Source of the DNA: a virus
Lineage: Duplodnaviria > Caudoviricetes
Strand: one strand, 5' to 3'
DNA: 64,000 bases
Virus record (IMG/VR): IMGVR_UViG_3300032303_001959
Span: 8,845-72,844 of that record
Shown: piece by piece, positions 1-10,135 of the stretch
Layout of the letters: every line of letters begins with the position of its first letter
How positions within the stretch are numbered: position 1 is the stretch's first letter
Notes under the pieces: generated by a model
What the model was told of the DNA's origin: nothing
The model's input: the letters and a program-made list of their open reading frames with translations, nothing else
Database searches by the model: none
Made by a program: the position numbers and the translations under genes

Positions 1-74
1 TTTTCTAAATCAATCTCAGATAACTTCGGAGATTTGAGCGTTGGAGGAGACGGAGGGCTGGATTTTCCACCCAT
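1..74 (-). CDS. N-terminal fragment of a probable internal virion (ejection) protein; runs off the window start
   Basis: Not in the ORF track. ATG at 74 directly after the TAA of the 76..498 gene. Reads MGGKSSPPSPPTLKSPKLSEIDLE with no stop to the edge. An MGGxxxPP start is typical of podovirus ejection proteins. Confidence 0.45.
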   Translation of the reverse strand, partial: MGGKSSPPSPPTLKSPKLSEIDLE

Positions 75-75
75 A

Positions 76-498
76 TTACAGCCCCATCCTGGCTAGCCGA
101 TCAAAGAAAGACGCCGGGTAGATCGACATACGATCGAAATGTTTATGTCTGGAAAAACCTACATGTGTGGGCCGTCCGAGGTTTTCAAATACCGGTTTAA
201 TCATGCGACCCAAACCCCCATGCAAAAGACTGACCGTCCAGTCTACCCAGAGAAGCTTGCCGTCGGCCTTATGAGCCCAGCGATCGCGAGCCTGCTCAGG
301 ATCATCAACTCTGCGAAACAAAGTAACCCCTTGCACCGCCTTGTATTTGTTTACATCCCGATCAAGAACAATGGCCATATTCTGCATATGCCACTGAACA
401 GACTTTTCGGGCTCCTGGCAGTGAGGAAGCATGACTTTCACGAAATCGATGGTTTCCTGTATAAAGGGAGGATTGGCCGGGGTCATGTGTATTGTCAC
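76..498 (-). CDS. hypothetical protein in the T7 gp13-like position (possible GNAT-like fold)
   Basis: 140-aa ORF between the tail fibre genes and the ejection protein gene. Function is inferred from position only. Confidence 0.4.
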   Translation of the reverse strand: MTIHMTPANPPFIQETIDFVKVMLPHCQEPEKSVQWHMQNMAIVLDRDVNKYKAVQGVTLFRRVDDPEQARDRWAHKADGKLLWVDWTVSLLHGGLGRMIKPVFENLGRPTHVGFSRHKHFDRMSIYPASFFDRLARMGL

Positions 499-534
499 TA
501 TTCTGCCAGTAATAATATACAGATCAACAACATT

Positions 535-708
535 TTAAGGGGTTGGGGTTTCCGCGGGCAGCGGTTCGTTGCCCTCTGAAAGCCATTGAAGATAGGTTTG
601 ATAGTCTATGTTTGCCGGGTCAAAAGGAATACATGCTCCATCACTCAACCTTTTAATTGCCGTATCAAGTGGTAAGCCCGAAAAAAGTATTTTTTGATAT
701 TGTTCCAT
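535..708 (-). CDS. small tail-fibre-associated protein (assembly chaperone-like)
   Basis: Motif [26 protein letters not shown] is commonly seen after fibre genes in aquatic phages. ATG at 708 follows the upstream stop at 710. Confidence 0.55.
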   Translation of the reverse strand: MEQYQKILFSGLPLDTAIKRLSDGACIPFDPANIDYQTYLQWLSEGNEPLPAETPTP

Positions 709-709
709 T

Positions 710-2335
710 TTATAACTCCGCTGAAAAAGCAATAAATGCTGTAGCTGTGATGGGTATGCATAAGCTCTGCGCGGTGCCTACACTCGCACCTGTAGCTGCT
801 GAGCAACCAGCGAACACAAGCCCCGCTCGCGTAGAGGGGCTAGCCATATTTAGTGTACTTATTACGTTTGAGAAAGTTCTGAAAAAGAATGTAGTACGTA
901 CGTCAGATGATGTAAAAAGGGTTGGAGCTGCTCGCATCTCCACTGGAAAAGTATAAACGCCCTCCCATTGAGTTGTAGTATACATGTAACCATTGATTAT
1001 TGGCATTACTGTCGAGCCCGCAGTCGCTTTGTCCATAAAATAATATCTTCTGCAAAGATCCAACTCTAACCCAATAGGTCTAACCTCAAAGTCGGTTGCA
1101 ACTGTACCGGACTCATACTGAACTCCCGTGATTTTAAGATAATCAGATGCTGCTAAATTGTTGTTATATGCAAAGTAAATTCCAATAAATCCAGCTGAGT
1201 CAGTTGAGGCCCCGGTCCAAGCAGTCGTATTTAGGTATGCGTAATCAGTAGATGTAATCTTTGTCCAAACACCAGGTGTTACTGTGTGGAGCTGACTCGT
1301 TATGCCACCACCGTTGGGGCCCGCCCAAGAACGAAAAGTGGGCTGCGAAGATTTAACCCAATAAGATAAAGTTGCAGGTTTCCCCGCAAAATCATGTATG
1401 TTTTGTTGTTCAAGTAGCTGACGCACCCCAATGTCGGACGAATTAAGTGCTGTGGGGTTGATCTGCAAGGAATACTTAAACTGTGCGTTTGGCACATCGG
1501 TCGACTGACTTATCGAAACTGTTCCTCCCCCGGAGTAACGAAAACGATCTGCTGTGTACACACCATCGCCAATACCTGTAAATGACGTGCCTCTCTGCCA
1601 AACACGCATATCGCCGTTAATAATACGGTTTCTAAAACCAACCACCTGAGGAATTGCATTTGTTGAAGCTGCCGTAACCCTACCCTTTGCATCTACCGTA
1701 ATACTCGGAATTGATGTAGAACTCCCGTAGCTTCCTGCAGCTACTCCACTTGTAGCCAACGTGGCCGCACCAGTTACATTTGCAGAACCGTTAAATGAAC
1801 CAGATGTATATGTTACATCTCCCGTCATAGCAATCGTCCGCCCATTAGCTAAGGCCGTGGCTGTAGCGGCGTTACCGGTCACGTTACCAGTCACGTTACC
1901 AGTCACGTCACCAACGACGTTACCAGTAAGACCGCCCGTAAAGGCGTTAGCTGTTCCGTTTGTTGCGTTTATTTTGCCGGCTGATATGGTTTGAGCAGTT
2001 AATACTCCTGTAAAAGTAGGGGTGTTTGAAAAAGCAATAGTACTGCCTGTGCCTGTTTTTAATAAAGCCACAAGTTTCTTATCGACATCAACGCCTATAA
2101 CAGAACTCGCTGTTAAAAAACTAAATATTGGCGAAGCGGATATAGTGTTAAGAGAAGTATCTCCAGAAACAGAAAGGCTAGCTGTTGAAGTAGCCCCAGA
2201 AACAGAAAGGCTAGCTGTTGAAGTAGCCCCAGAAACAGAAAGATTCGTAACCGTAGCCGCGCCAGGCGCCACACTTCCGAGTGTACCTTCTAGCACTCCA
2301 TTGGAGGCTTTAATTGTGGTAATTGCTTTACTCAT
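710..2335 (-). CDS. tail fibre / receptor-binding protein with C-terminal carbohydrate-binding-like module
   Basis: 541 aa. GNVT repeats, then [18 protein letters not shown]...[30 protein letters not shown], a recurrent fibre tip signature. Confidence 0.75.
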   Translation of the reverse strand: MSKAITTIKASNGVLEGTLGSVAPGAATVTNLSVSGATSTASLSVSGATSTASLSVSGDTSLNTISASPIFSFLTASSVIGVDVDKKLVALLKTGTGSTIAFSNTPTFTGVLTAQTISAGKINATNGTANAFTGGLTGNVVGDVTGNVTGNVTGNAATATALANGRTIAMTGDVTYTSGSFNGSANVTGAATLATSGVAAGSYGSSTSIPSITVDAKGRVTAASTNAIPQVVGFRNRIINGDMRVWQRGTSFTGIGDGVYTADRFRYSGGGTVSISQSTDVPNAQFKYSLQINPTALNSSDIGVRQLLEQQNIHDFAGKPATLSYWVKSSQPTFRSWAGPNGGGITSQLHTVTPGVWTKITSTDYAYLNTTAWTGASTDSAGFIGIYFAYNNNLAASDYLKITGVQYESGTVATDFEVRPIGLELDLCRRYYFMDKATAGSTVMPIINGYMYTTTQWEGVYTFPVEMRAAPTLFTSSDVRTTFFFRTFSNVISTLNMASPSTRAGLVFAGCSAATGASVGTAQSLCIPITATAFIAFSAEL

Positions 2336-2631
2336 TGTTGTCCCTCCAGAGCTTCGATACGTGCTACCAATGCTTCGTTTTGACTTGTAAGTAGTTCAAT
2401 TTTTTCGAATAGGCTAGTGTCTGTGGGGGCGACACTTAGCGTTGGAGTTTCAATAACTCCTGTACCATTCGCTTCAATCTTAAGAAAGGGGCTGTAAGCA
2501 CCGTCGTACACAAAAGCCTCTGGGTATTCGCCTTTGAATTCTCGCACATGAGCCTCAGCTTCTTCGCGAGTTTCAAACACGCTGTAAAGTGACGGACTTT
2601 TATCAATGAGTTTAAGTATTGAGATGTACAT
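2332..2631 (-). CDS. small fibre-associated protein with C-terminal coiled coil
   Basis: Ends ...[27 protein letters not shown] overlap with the downstream fibre gene. Start taken at 2631. Confidence 0.5.
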   Translation of the reverse strand: MYISILKLIDKSPSLYSVFETREEAEAHVREFKGEYPEAFVYDGAYSPFLKIEANGTGVIETPTLSVAPTDTSLFEKIELLTSQNEALVARIEALEGQQ

Positions 2632-2636
2632 AATAT

Positions 2637-5600
2637 TTAGTAGATGCAATAAACAGATCCTGCGTCGAATAATCCAGTAGCCACTTCCACTTTTACTTTT
2701 GTCAAAGGACCAGTGAAGCTAACTCCAGAATTACATCCGCCTCCTCTACCTCCTAATGTATCCTGTGCGGTGCCTTGAATATGCCAATAATTGCTAGATA
2801 CCTTTGTTATCACATACTTGCCGTAATACGAGTACGTCTGAACAGAGTTGGCGTCAAAAAGAAACGCGGCGTTTGTGTGTTCGCTAGCGCTTATACCAGC
2901 ATTTGAATGATAAATTGTTCCACCAAAATAAGCTCCTGCTCCGACATAACCAGAAGCTGTGCCAAGTTGGATATACGGTACGTCCGTGTTACTCATGCTT
3001 AAGCCCACCAGAATAATTTTCAACTCTTCTGCGTCGGAAGGAATGCCAGTAAATTCTATTGTTCTTGTCGTTGAGGCTGGAGTAAAACCGGGATACACAG
3101 TCGAACGAATAACTTTTGTTCCAACTGTCATAGTTCCAGATACTTTGGCGTTGCCGTCGACGTCCAACTTTTCCGTCGGATCACTTTTCCCGATCCCAAC
3201 ATTGCCGCTACTTTTTAGTACAAATTGAGAGGCTGGAGCGCTTGCATGGCGCAAGTTTATTGAGTCTGGCCCAGTGGTGTCGTGATACAAATATCCTTTT
3301 ACAACTGTACCATTATTAATCTCCAATGCTGGATCAGTATTTGCGGTTATCCTAATCCTGCCACTAACCTCAAGTTTGGTGGATGGACTCTGCGCCCCAA
3401 CCCCAAGGTTTCCGTTTGCGAGTATTGTTGCGGCTACAGAGTTATTAGCATAAAGATTTACCGGGTGATTTGTTTGCGACCCAATCGCTATTGATGTGTC
3501 GGCACTGTTAAAGAATATGCCAGTCATCGTGCCGTTTGTGACTCTTAATCCAGAGTTTGCAGTAGCGAGTACATCAAGTTTTGTGCCAGGAATCGTCGTC
3601 CCAATCCCAACATTTCCACTCGAATCAATCCGCAGACGTTCGGACGCCCCTACATTAAATGAAGTAAATGCTGCTGCGTTTGTATCGTTATTATTTATTG
3701 CAAATTGCCCATTCTTGTATTTAACAATATCCACTGATGTGTTCCCAGATTCAGCAACATTTGATGTAACCAATCTTAGAATTGATCCAGCATTTGCACC
3801 AGTATTACCATTTGAAACATCAAGATAGCGAAGCGTGTTAACAGATTCGGTTCCTATATTGACATTACCACTTGAATCAATTCGCATCTTTTCCGTAATT
3901 GGGCTTGTTGTAGATGTATTTGCCCTGTTTGCAAAAATAATGTCGTATGCTCCATTGGCAGTGTTTTTTGCACCAATTTTAGCTCCAACATTATAGGTGC
4001 TTTCTTGAAATGCTATTGCTTGCTCAGAGAAAGCTGACCCAGGAGCGGCAGTTAATTTAATAAAGTCTGTTCCTCCAGCCCAAGTTGCGTTCGCAATTGT
4101 TGAGGCCGATTTGATATGAAGTGGGTTTGCTGGGTTGGTTTCCCCAATCCCAACATTGCCACTTGAATCAATATTCATTCTAGTTGCATAAGCACTAGCT
4201 GAATCCCTAATAAATAATTTTGATTTTATGTCTAAGTATGTATTTGAAGCAGAAAAGTCACAACTTAATCCAGCCCCTGCTGTTCCATTTGATAATAACA
4301 ATCCAGTAGTTCCAGCAGCTGTAGTTTTATTTACAATGTTCCCACCACTTACATCTAGTTTCCCAGTAGGACTCGTAGTTCCAACCCCAACATTGCCAGA
4401 AGAATCAATCCGCATTTTCTCTGTATTGAGTGTCGAGAATGTTAATGGATGGTCGGTAACTGTGCGGAGATTACCTTCTGAGTTTCCGTTTGCGTTAAGG
4501 TGGACTTGGACACCAGACGTATTGGTTAAGCTTAAAGCGTTATAGTCAGAAGCAGTCTGATTGATGCTTACGTTTTTGCTAAAAGTTGTCGCGCCTGCGC
4601 TATTAACGAGAACTCGCGGAGTCCCATTTGTAGTTAAGGCCAACGTGTCTGCTGCTGGAAAATAGATGCCTGTATTTTCGTCGCCAAAAGTCGTGATGGA
4701 AGGAGCTGTGGCGGTACCTGATTGAAACTTTAAAGTGCCCGCGAGTGTATCGGCTGCAGTGAAGCCAACAATTTCAAGAGTGTCTCCGGCTGTCGCTGGG
4801 GTGACAAGAGTGAAAGACGTACCATTGGAAACGTCCACATCTGTGCCGGTAACCAGTTTGGTCCCGTTTTGAAATACATCTAGCTGGTTTGGCGTGTAAC
4901 CTCCAGCAACAGTGAAAAGGGTTTGCGCAGCAGTAGCTGTAAAAGACAACCTTTTTGGAATAGCTGGACTAGAAAAATATCCGCTGGCCAGACCGACTAC
5001 GTCAATAATATCGCCAACAGAAGCTCCGGCCGACAAAACCACAGATGATCCACTGGTTACCGTTACAGTGGAACCGTTGACCAATTTAATACCATTCTTA
5101 AAGACATCGATTTTTCCAGGAGTGTATCCGCCGGTAACCGTAAAAGTCGTCTGGCCGGCCGTAGCCGTAAACGTCTGCCTTACGTACGAGGTTGCGCTTG
5201 AGCCACTACTTCCACCTGAAGTTGTCCCTCCAATACCTCCCCATACAAGCCCGTTATACCCCTCAAACTCGTTTGTAGTTGTATTAAACCGAAGCTGACC
5301 ACCTGCGGGCGCCGGTCTTTCAGCGGTCGTGCCAGCCGGGATTTTAAATGCGGAGGATGAATTAAATTGAGCATAGCCGTTTGCATTGAAAGCCCCGGAA
5401 ACAGTTAGATTTTCAATCAAGCTGTTTCCTGTTTGAGATCCGTTGTTTACGGGAACGCCGCCACCGCTAGTTGCCCAGGCCGTGGCACCTCGAACTTTCA
5501 TGCCGGGCATGGTCGTCGAGTAATACATATCCCCTACCTGAAGTGGAGATCCGTCAACCCTTACGGTCGGGTCGGTGTCGCTTGTTCCAAGAAAAGTAGT

Positions 5601-5873
5601 GTAGTACCTATTTATCTCTCCCAACTTTGAGTTTACGGTCTCAATGGTAGACAAGTTATTGTTTAAATTTAGTAGGTTTGCTTTGCTTGAGGCCAGACTA
5701 TTAATCGCATCAATGCTCTCAGCGTCCGCAACAACGCTGTCCATATTGTTAGAAACAATATCAATAGCCGAAAGGTTTCCAGCTACGACCGTAATATCAC
5801 CGCTGTCAACAGGCGCAGTTCCGCCAATCGCAGAATCTCCAATTACTGTTACTGGTGTAATTGTCTCGCTCAT
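2637..5873 (-). CDS. long tail fibre protein
   Basis: 1078 aa. Repeated MRIDSSGNVGIGT units, two TATAGQTTFTVTGGYTP repeats and an IPAGTTAERP...RFNTTTNEFEGYNG motif. Confidence 0.85.
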   Translation of the reverse strand: MSETITPVTVIGDSAIGGTAPVDSGDITVVAGNLSAIDIVSNNMDSVVADAESIDAINSLASSKANLLNLNNNLSTIETVNSKLGEINRYYTTFLGTSDTDPTVRVDGSPLQVGDMYYSTTMPGMKVRGATAWATSGGGVPVNNGSQTGNSLIENLTVSGAFNANGYAQFNSSSAFKIPAGTTAERPAPAGGQLRFNTTTNEFEGYNGLVWGGIGGTTSGGSSGSSATSYVRQTFTATAGQTTFTVTGGYTPGKIDVFKNGIKLVNGSTVTVTSGSSVVLSAGASVGDIIDVVGLASGYFSSPAIPKRLSFTATAAQTLFTVAGGYTPNQLDVFQNGTKLVTGTDVDVSNGTSFTLVTPATAGDTLEIVGFTAADTLAGTLKFQSGTATAPSITTFGDENTGIYFPAADTLALTTNGTPRVLVNSAGATTFSKNVSINQTASDYNALSLTNTSGVQVHLNANGNSEGNLRTVTDHPLTFSTLNTEKMRIDSSGNVGVGTTSPTGKLDVSGGNIVNKTTAAGTTGLLLSNGTAGAGLSCDFSASNTYLDIKSKLFIRDSASAYATRMNIDSSGNVGIGETNPANPLHIKSASTIANATWAGGTDFIKLTAAPGSAFSEQAIAFQESTYNVGAKIGAKNTANGAYDIIFANRANTSTTSPITEKMRIDSSGNVNIGTESVNTLRYLDVSNGNTGANAGSILRLVTSNVAESGNTSVDIVKYKNGQFAINNNDTNAAAFTSFNVGASERLRIDSSGNVGIGTTIPGTKLDVLATANSGLRVTNGTMTGIFFNSADTSIAIGSQTNHPVNLYANNSVAATILANGNLGVGAQSPSTKLEVSGRIRITANTDPALEINNGTVVKGYLYHDTTGPDSINLRHASAPASQFVLKSSGNVGIGKSDPTEKLDVDGNAKVSGTMTVGTKVIRSTVYPGFTPASTTRTIEFTGIPSDAEELKIILVGLSMSNTDVPYIQLGTASGYVGAGAYFGGTIYHSNAGISASEHTNAAFLFDANSVQTYSYYGKYVITKVSSNYWHIQGTAQDTLGGRGGGCNSGVSFTGPLTKVKVEVATGLFDAGSVYCIY

Positions 5874-7594
5874 ATCATCGGCATAACGCCGCCAAGGGCG
5901 AAGTTCTGAGCTTGAATGCGAATTGAGTGTTGTTCCCCTGTCTTGGACTCCCGCAGCTCGTCACGCAAAAGGAGTAAAGCTTTTTGTTCGTGCATTGCAG
6001 ATTGCTCCGCATTGCTCGTAATTGTCAGGGCCGCCAAAGCCATGTTGAAAATAGCTGGGTAGTTTTTGATGCTCATCACATCGCTGTCTTGAGTTTTGTA
6101 GACCGGTCGCTTCTTGACCAGGAGGCGGACATAAGAGCTGCTAGCCCAGTTTCCACGAACAAAGTAAGCGCGGTATTGAACGTTATCGATTCGAGTCTCT
6201 CCTCTTGCAACCATACAAGGCGATGCTGTCAGGTTGGAAGTGTTGTTGGAGTCGATATCAACCTGTTGGTATCCAGGGCCATTCTCCTTAAAGTCGTAGA
6301 ACTCGTCGTATACCGGGATTGGAGATCCGTTAAAAGTAGCGCCAAGAATGGCTTCTACATCATTTGGTACGTAAACAAGCCCGTCCGACTGGTCAATTGT
6401 AAGGGTGTAGCTTTTAATAGTTCCCACAAAAGTACCCATCCGCATGCACTGTTCTTCACTTTGATTTATAAAGCGGGTTAACTCTGAATCAGAAAGGCGT
6501 AGTCCATTTGGCGCTTCAAGCGCAAACCGAGCCTTCATGTAACCAAGCGTTCCAGGAATGGCTGTTGATAATGCCGCTGTATAGGTTCCGTGCCGTTTGG
6601 ATTCCAACTCTACATTAAGCTCCTCTTCCAACATCTTAATCGCTTCGGCCTCAAACTTGGAGGCTTGCTCCAGGTTGAGTTGAGCATTTTTAGTTGATAG
6701 TGAAAGGGCTGTAAGAGCCAGTACCGCGAGCTTCACGATCTGATAATTCGAAACAGAAAGCACGGCCGTATCCGAAACAATGTAACTGTAGGTCGGAAGC
6801 GTCAGGCCGTCCTTTACTCCGTATCGCAAAGCGGACAACAGAAGACGTTTTTTTGTAATCAACAAATCTTGAGCTTTATTTACCAAATCAAATAGCTTGG
6901 CGTCTTCGAGCTTAATACCAAACTCCAGATCTAACCCAAGTTTAGCACGAACATACCCCATCGTGCCTACAGGATGAGTGGAAAGTTTGGATTGGTATAC
7001 TAGCCGGCGAGCTTCTTCAACCGACATATCGGTCTTGTAGGCCATATGTTCCACAGCCTTGGCTTGAAGGCTAGTCGCCATATCAACTTGATTGTTTTCT
7101 TCCCGCCAGAGGGCAAGAACCATCAACTTTAAAGCTTCAAGATCGGCAATAATCAACTCGTCGGAGTCATTCTGCACCTCCACCATCTTTTTCTTGCCGG
7201 TAACGACAACACTCGTGGGGACCGGACTTACCGAGGAATCAATCTTAAACTGAATGACATTTGCGGTTGAGCCAATTGGTACAAAGTTAAGGGGAACTAG
7301 ATCCCCGTCGTCATGAATGAAAACGTACGCGTTGTCGCAAAGCAATACATTGCCCGAAGCCAAAGTCGTGTTGTTATTTTTTGCTACACGAACAATAGAC
7401 TCCAACTGGGAGGGCAAAGTAAAAACGCCAGATATCACGTCGACCTTATACTTGGCAACCGCCCCCACCCAGGCTCGAATCGCGTGAAGCCGGCGTTGGG
7501 CCTGGTTAACACGCTGAATTACCCGGGCATCCGTAGAAGGAACCCCGTTGTCAACGACGCGTGCGATTTCCGATCTTATTTCGCCCAGAGTCAT
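5870..7594 (-). CDS. head-tail adaptor / tail tubular protein A-like, three internal repeats
   Basis: Start MTLGEIRSEIAR at 7594 (TAATG overlap). Three homologous units starting MTLGEIRSEI, GTMGYVRAKL and GTLGYMKARF, each ending in DxxxxxIxNxxAxKLxVLAL-like helices. Confidence 0.55.
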   Translation of the reverse strand: MTLGEIRSEIARVVDNGVPSTDARVIQRVNQAQRRLHAIRAWVGAVAKYKVDVISGVFTLPSQLESIVRVAKNNNTTLASGNVLLCDNAYVFIHDDGDLVPLNFVPIGSTANVIQFKIDSSVSPVPTSVVVTGKKKMVEVQNDSDELIIADLEALKLMVLALWREENNQVDMATSLQAKAVEHMAYKTDMSVEEARRLVYQSKLSTHPVGTMGYVRAKLGLDLEFGIKLEDAKLFDLVNKAQDLLITKKRLLLSALRYGVKDGLTLPTYSYIVSDTAVLSVSNYQIVKLAVLALTALSLSTKNAQLNLEQASKFEAEAIKMLEEELNVELESKRHGTYTAALSTAIPGTLGYMKARFALEAPNGLRLSDSELTRFINQSEEQCMRMGTFVGTIKSYTLTIDQSDGLVYVPNDVEAILGATFNGSPIPVYDEFYDFKENGPGYQQVDIDSNNTSNLTASPCMVARGETRIDNVQYRAYFVRGNWASSSYVRLLVKKRPVYKTQDSDVMSIKNYPAIFNMALAALTITSNAEQSAMHEQKALLLLRDELRESKTGEQHSIRIQAQNFALGGVMPMI

Positions 7595-8598
7595 TATGAA
7601 GCCATGTTCACCCAATAACTGCCGTTCGAAACAAGCGTACACCAGCTTCCGTCAGTGTTTGATAGGATCACGTTTGTTGCGGTCATGCTTGTCTTGGGTA
7701 ACACGTTGTTTGAGTTGGAGTTTACTGCTCGGTTTTGAACTGTCTTAATTGTGATCTCGCGACCAACCCAATCCGCGGCTGTCGGCAAAGTAACCGTGCA
7801 AGTAGAAGCCATATTAACAATGATCCAGTTTTCTGTTGCCCCAACAGTAAAGTTGGCTGTCTTTTCAACGGGCGCTCCTCGGCTTAATGAACCCACTGTT
7901 ACCTTTGAGGAAGCGGCAATGGACGATACGGTCATAGCACCGGAAGAATTAATTGTTGCTCCGGTCAAAGTTAGAGACCCTGCTGTTACTGTGCCGGTTG
8001 TAGAAATGGAGCCACCGCTTACCGCCCCAGTAAGAGTTAAACTGGTGCCTGTCAAAGCCCCGCCACTGGTAATGCCGCCCGAACAAGTGATCGATCCTGC
8101 GGTTAAGACAAGGTTTCCGCTGCTAACTGTTATGCCAGCGGTGGTTGTTACGGCCCCAGTAATGGCTAATGTGCCAGCAGTTGCCGCAATTGCAGGGGTT
8201 ATAACAGAAGTTGTCGCTTTAGCAGACCCAACAACATGAAGAGTTGTGTCTGGTATGACTGTGCCTATGCCAACTCGGTTTGCGTATGTTCCCGTGTTGT
8301 CAATCGATAAAGCTGTAGCCAGCAATCGAATATTGCCCCCGGTAACCGAGAGACCCCCACTAAAAGCGCTACCAACGCTAATTGAAGTCCAACCTCCGGA
8401 AAGGTAGATCTTAAGTAAGGGGTTGGCGCCAGAGGTATCGATCCAAATCTTAGTTTGATCGTTTGGAGCGGAAGGACTCAGCACAAAAATGCTAGCTTCC
8501 GAAGCGGGAACAGAAAGATTTTCGGCGAACAAAGCCAACAACTCTTGCGGGGTTGCATACTTTGTACCGGCTGGAAGTGTTGATGCTAATAGAGCCAT
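7594..8598 (-). CDS. tail fibre-like protein
   Basis: 334 aa, Thr/Gly/Ser-rich beta repeats, C-terminal TVTLPTAADWVGREITIK domain. Confidence 0.65.
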   Translation of the reverse strand: MALLASTLPAGTKYATPQELLALFAENLSVPASEASIFVLSPSAPNDQTKIWIDTSGANPLLKIYLSGGWTSISVGSAFSGGLSVTGGNIRLLATALSIDNTGTYANRVGIGTVIPDTTLHVVGSAKATTSVITPAIAATAGTLAITGAVTTTAGITVSSGNLVLTAGSITCSGGITSGGALTGTSLTLTGAVSGGSISTTGTVTAGSLTLTGATINSSGAMTVSSIAASSKVTVGSLSRGAPVEKTANFTVGATENWIIVNMASTCTVTLPTAADWVGREITIKTVQNRAVNSNSNNVLPKTSMTATNVILSNTDGSWCTLVSNGSYWVNMAS

Positions 8599-8601
8599 AA
8601 T

Positions 8602-9294
8602 TTAACTTTGACCTCCTAAGAGTGGGTTTCCTGTAAGTGTTAAAATGTTACCTTGAGTTACAACGGCTTTTGCGGGCGCTCGTCCAGAGCCGCCTGCTTG
8701 GCCTAAATCTCCTCCGTTCCAGCCAATACTAGCTCCACCAAACAGATAAGAGCTTGGCCACTGTGAACGAGTATAATTGTAACGTCCTTGAAAACTATAT
8801 CCGGGATTGATGCCTGCCCCACCTCCGCCGTCACCCAAAGCGTTGTTGTCTCTATTTTGTGTAATAGCGAGACCGCCCGTGCCTCCAGACCCAATAACAC
8901 CAGAATTAGCAATAGTAAGGGGGTAGCTTAATAAAATAGCTGGGCCACCTAGATTAGTAGTCGCCCCATAGCTGTCGCAACAACCCGTGCTGACAGTAGC
9001 GCCACCCATACCGGCAATAACTCCGTTAGCTGGATTTTTTGCATCGCCCCCACTTATAGCAGGGAGAATAAGCTTGATATTTGACCCAGCAGGCCAAGTA
9101 CCGGTCTGCAAAGCATAAGTCGAGGTACTGGTGCTTCCAATATTTCCAAGGACGGTAAACTCTACCGACGCACCAGTGTTTACATAGGGATATTCAGCAG
9201 TAAATAGATCCCAAAGAACTAAGTTATAAGAATTAGTGTTGGCAGCCCCAATATTCAGCTTAAATGTCGCGCTGTCGACGATGCTAACCATCAT
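8602..9294 (-). CDS. glycine-rich tail / receptor-binding protein
   Basis: GVIAGMGG, GVIGSGGTGG and GDGGGGAG motifs. Probable start MMVSIVD at 9294, just after the upstream stop. Confidence 0.55.
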   Translation of the reverse strand: MMVSIVDSATFKLNIGAANTNSYNLVLWDLFTAEYPYVNTGASVEFTVLGNIGSTSTSTYALQTGTWPAGSNIKLILPAISGGDAKNPANGVIAGMGGATVSTGCCDSYGATTNLGGPAILLSYPLTIANSGVIGSGGTGGLAITQNRDNNALGDGGGGAGINPGYSFQGRYNYTRSQWPSSYLFGGASIGWNGGDLGQAGGSGRAPAKAVVTQGNILTLTGNPLLGGQS

Positions 9295-9298
9295 GGCG

Positions 9299-9901
9299 TT
9301 AGCTCGTGTACCCAAATGAGATTGTTGCGTTCGAAACGCTTCCCGAAAGAGCGGAAAAAGTTGCTGTAACACTTGTGCCGGCCGCAATCACTGTACCGTT
9401 TGCAAGGGCTGGGGATAATGTAATTGTAGCCGAGCCCGAGCCAAAAGTAGCCGTGACGGCGGTGTTGACGGTCATAGCGTGAGTAGCTTTAAAAAGAACG
9501 ACAGTTTGACCTGTATAAGGTTGAAATACGTTTGCACTTACCTGCTGACGAAGGCTCGTAGTGCCGGCCGCAGTAAGAAGACCTTTTTCGTTAACCGTGA
9601 AAGTAGGAATTGCGCTGTTGGAGCCATATGCTCCAGCAACTAAAGTTGAGCGGGTTTCAAGATTTTCCGGAAGAACTGTGCCAAGCGCAATCTTAGCTCC
9701 AATTATATTTCTATCCGCAATTTTGTCTGTGATAACAGACGAAGTTGCAAGCTGTTGAGAGGAGACAGAACCGCTGACAAGAATATTGCCTCGAAGCTCG
9801 GAAAGTGCGATAGCCTTGGTGACGGAAGAGTTTACAACTGGAAATACATCCGTGCTGCTTAAGGTTCCTGAAAAGGGTGTAAGGTCGCTTATTTTAGGCA
9901 T
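9299..9901 (-). CDS. tail fibre-like protein
   Basis: N-terminus MPKISDLTP...TDVFPVV and AGAYGSNSAIPTFTVNEKGLLTAAG, a motif also present in the 710..2335 fibre. Confidence 0.6.
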   Translation of the reverse strand: MPKISDLTPFSGTLSSTDVFPVVNSSVTKAIALSELRGNILVSGSVSSQQLATSSVITDKIADRNIIGAKIALGTVLPENLETRSTLVAGAYGSNSAIPTFTVNEKGLLTAAGTTSLRQQVSANVFQPYTGQTVVLFKATHAMTVNTAVTATFGSGSATITLSPALANGTVIAAGTSVTATFSALSGSVSNATISFGYTS

Positions 9902-9923
9902 AACGGAATCTCCTATTCTGGGC

Positions 9924-9945
9924 TATTGGCATATCTATGTCAATA
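9924..9945 (-). promoter_or_regulatory. conserved promoter/operator box
   Basis: Minus strand TATTGAC-ATAGATAT-GCCAATA, followed by CAGAAT (-10-like). Confidence 0.6.
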
Positions 9946-10135
9946 ATGAAGCATCGCTTTGGTCCGTAATGGGTTCGCCAAACAATGTGGAGCCCCCAGA
10001 AACGGTTAGCGTGCCAGGCTCAGTTAAAAGCTCTTGGGATATAACTGATCCGCAAACTTCTGAATAATGAAGAAACAAAGAAGCTTCAACAGCGTCTAGT
10101 TGCTGCCATTGAGTTTTGCTAAGTTCTGTGCTCAT
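9935..10135 (-). CDS. hypothetical protein, 66 aa
   Basis: [10 protein letters not shown]... start overlaps the upstream stop (TAATG). Confidence 0.5.
   Translation of the reverse strand: MSTELSKTQWQQLDAVEASLFLHYSEVCGSVISQELLTEPGTLTVSGGSTLFGEPITDQSDASLLT

Noticed and set aside
1871-2243. Tandem DNA repeats (12-bp GTTACCAGTCAC; 33-bp unit x ~2.5)
   Set aside because: They are in-frame coding repeats (GNVT; [11 protein letters not shown]) of a fibre shaft. The GTTACC match to the 42-kb iterons follows from Gly-Asn codons.
710-5873. Diversity-generating retroelement or invertible fibre cassette
   Set aside because: No reverse transcriptase, no template/variable repeat pair differing at adenines, and no invertase or inverted crossover sites were seen.
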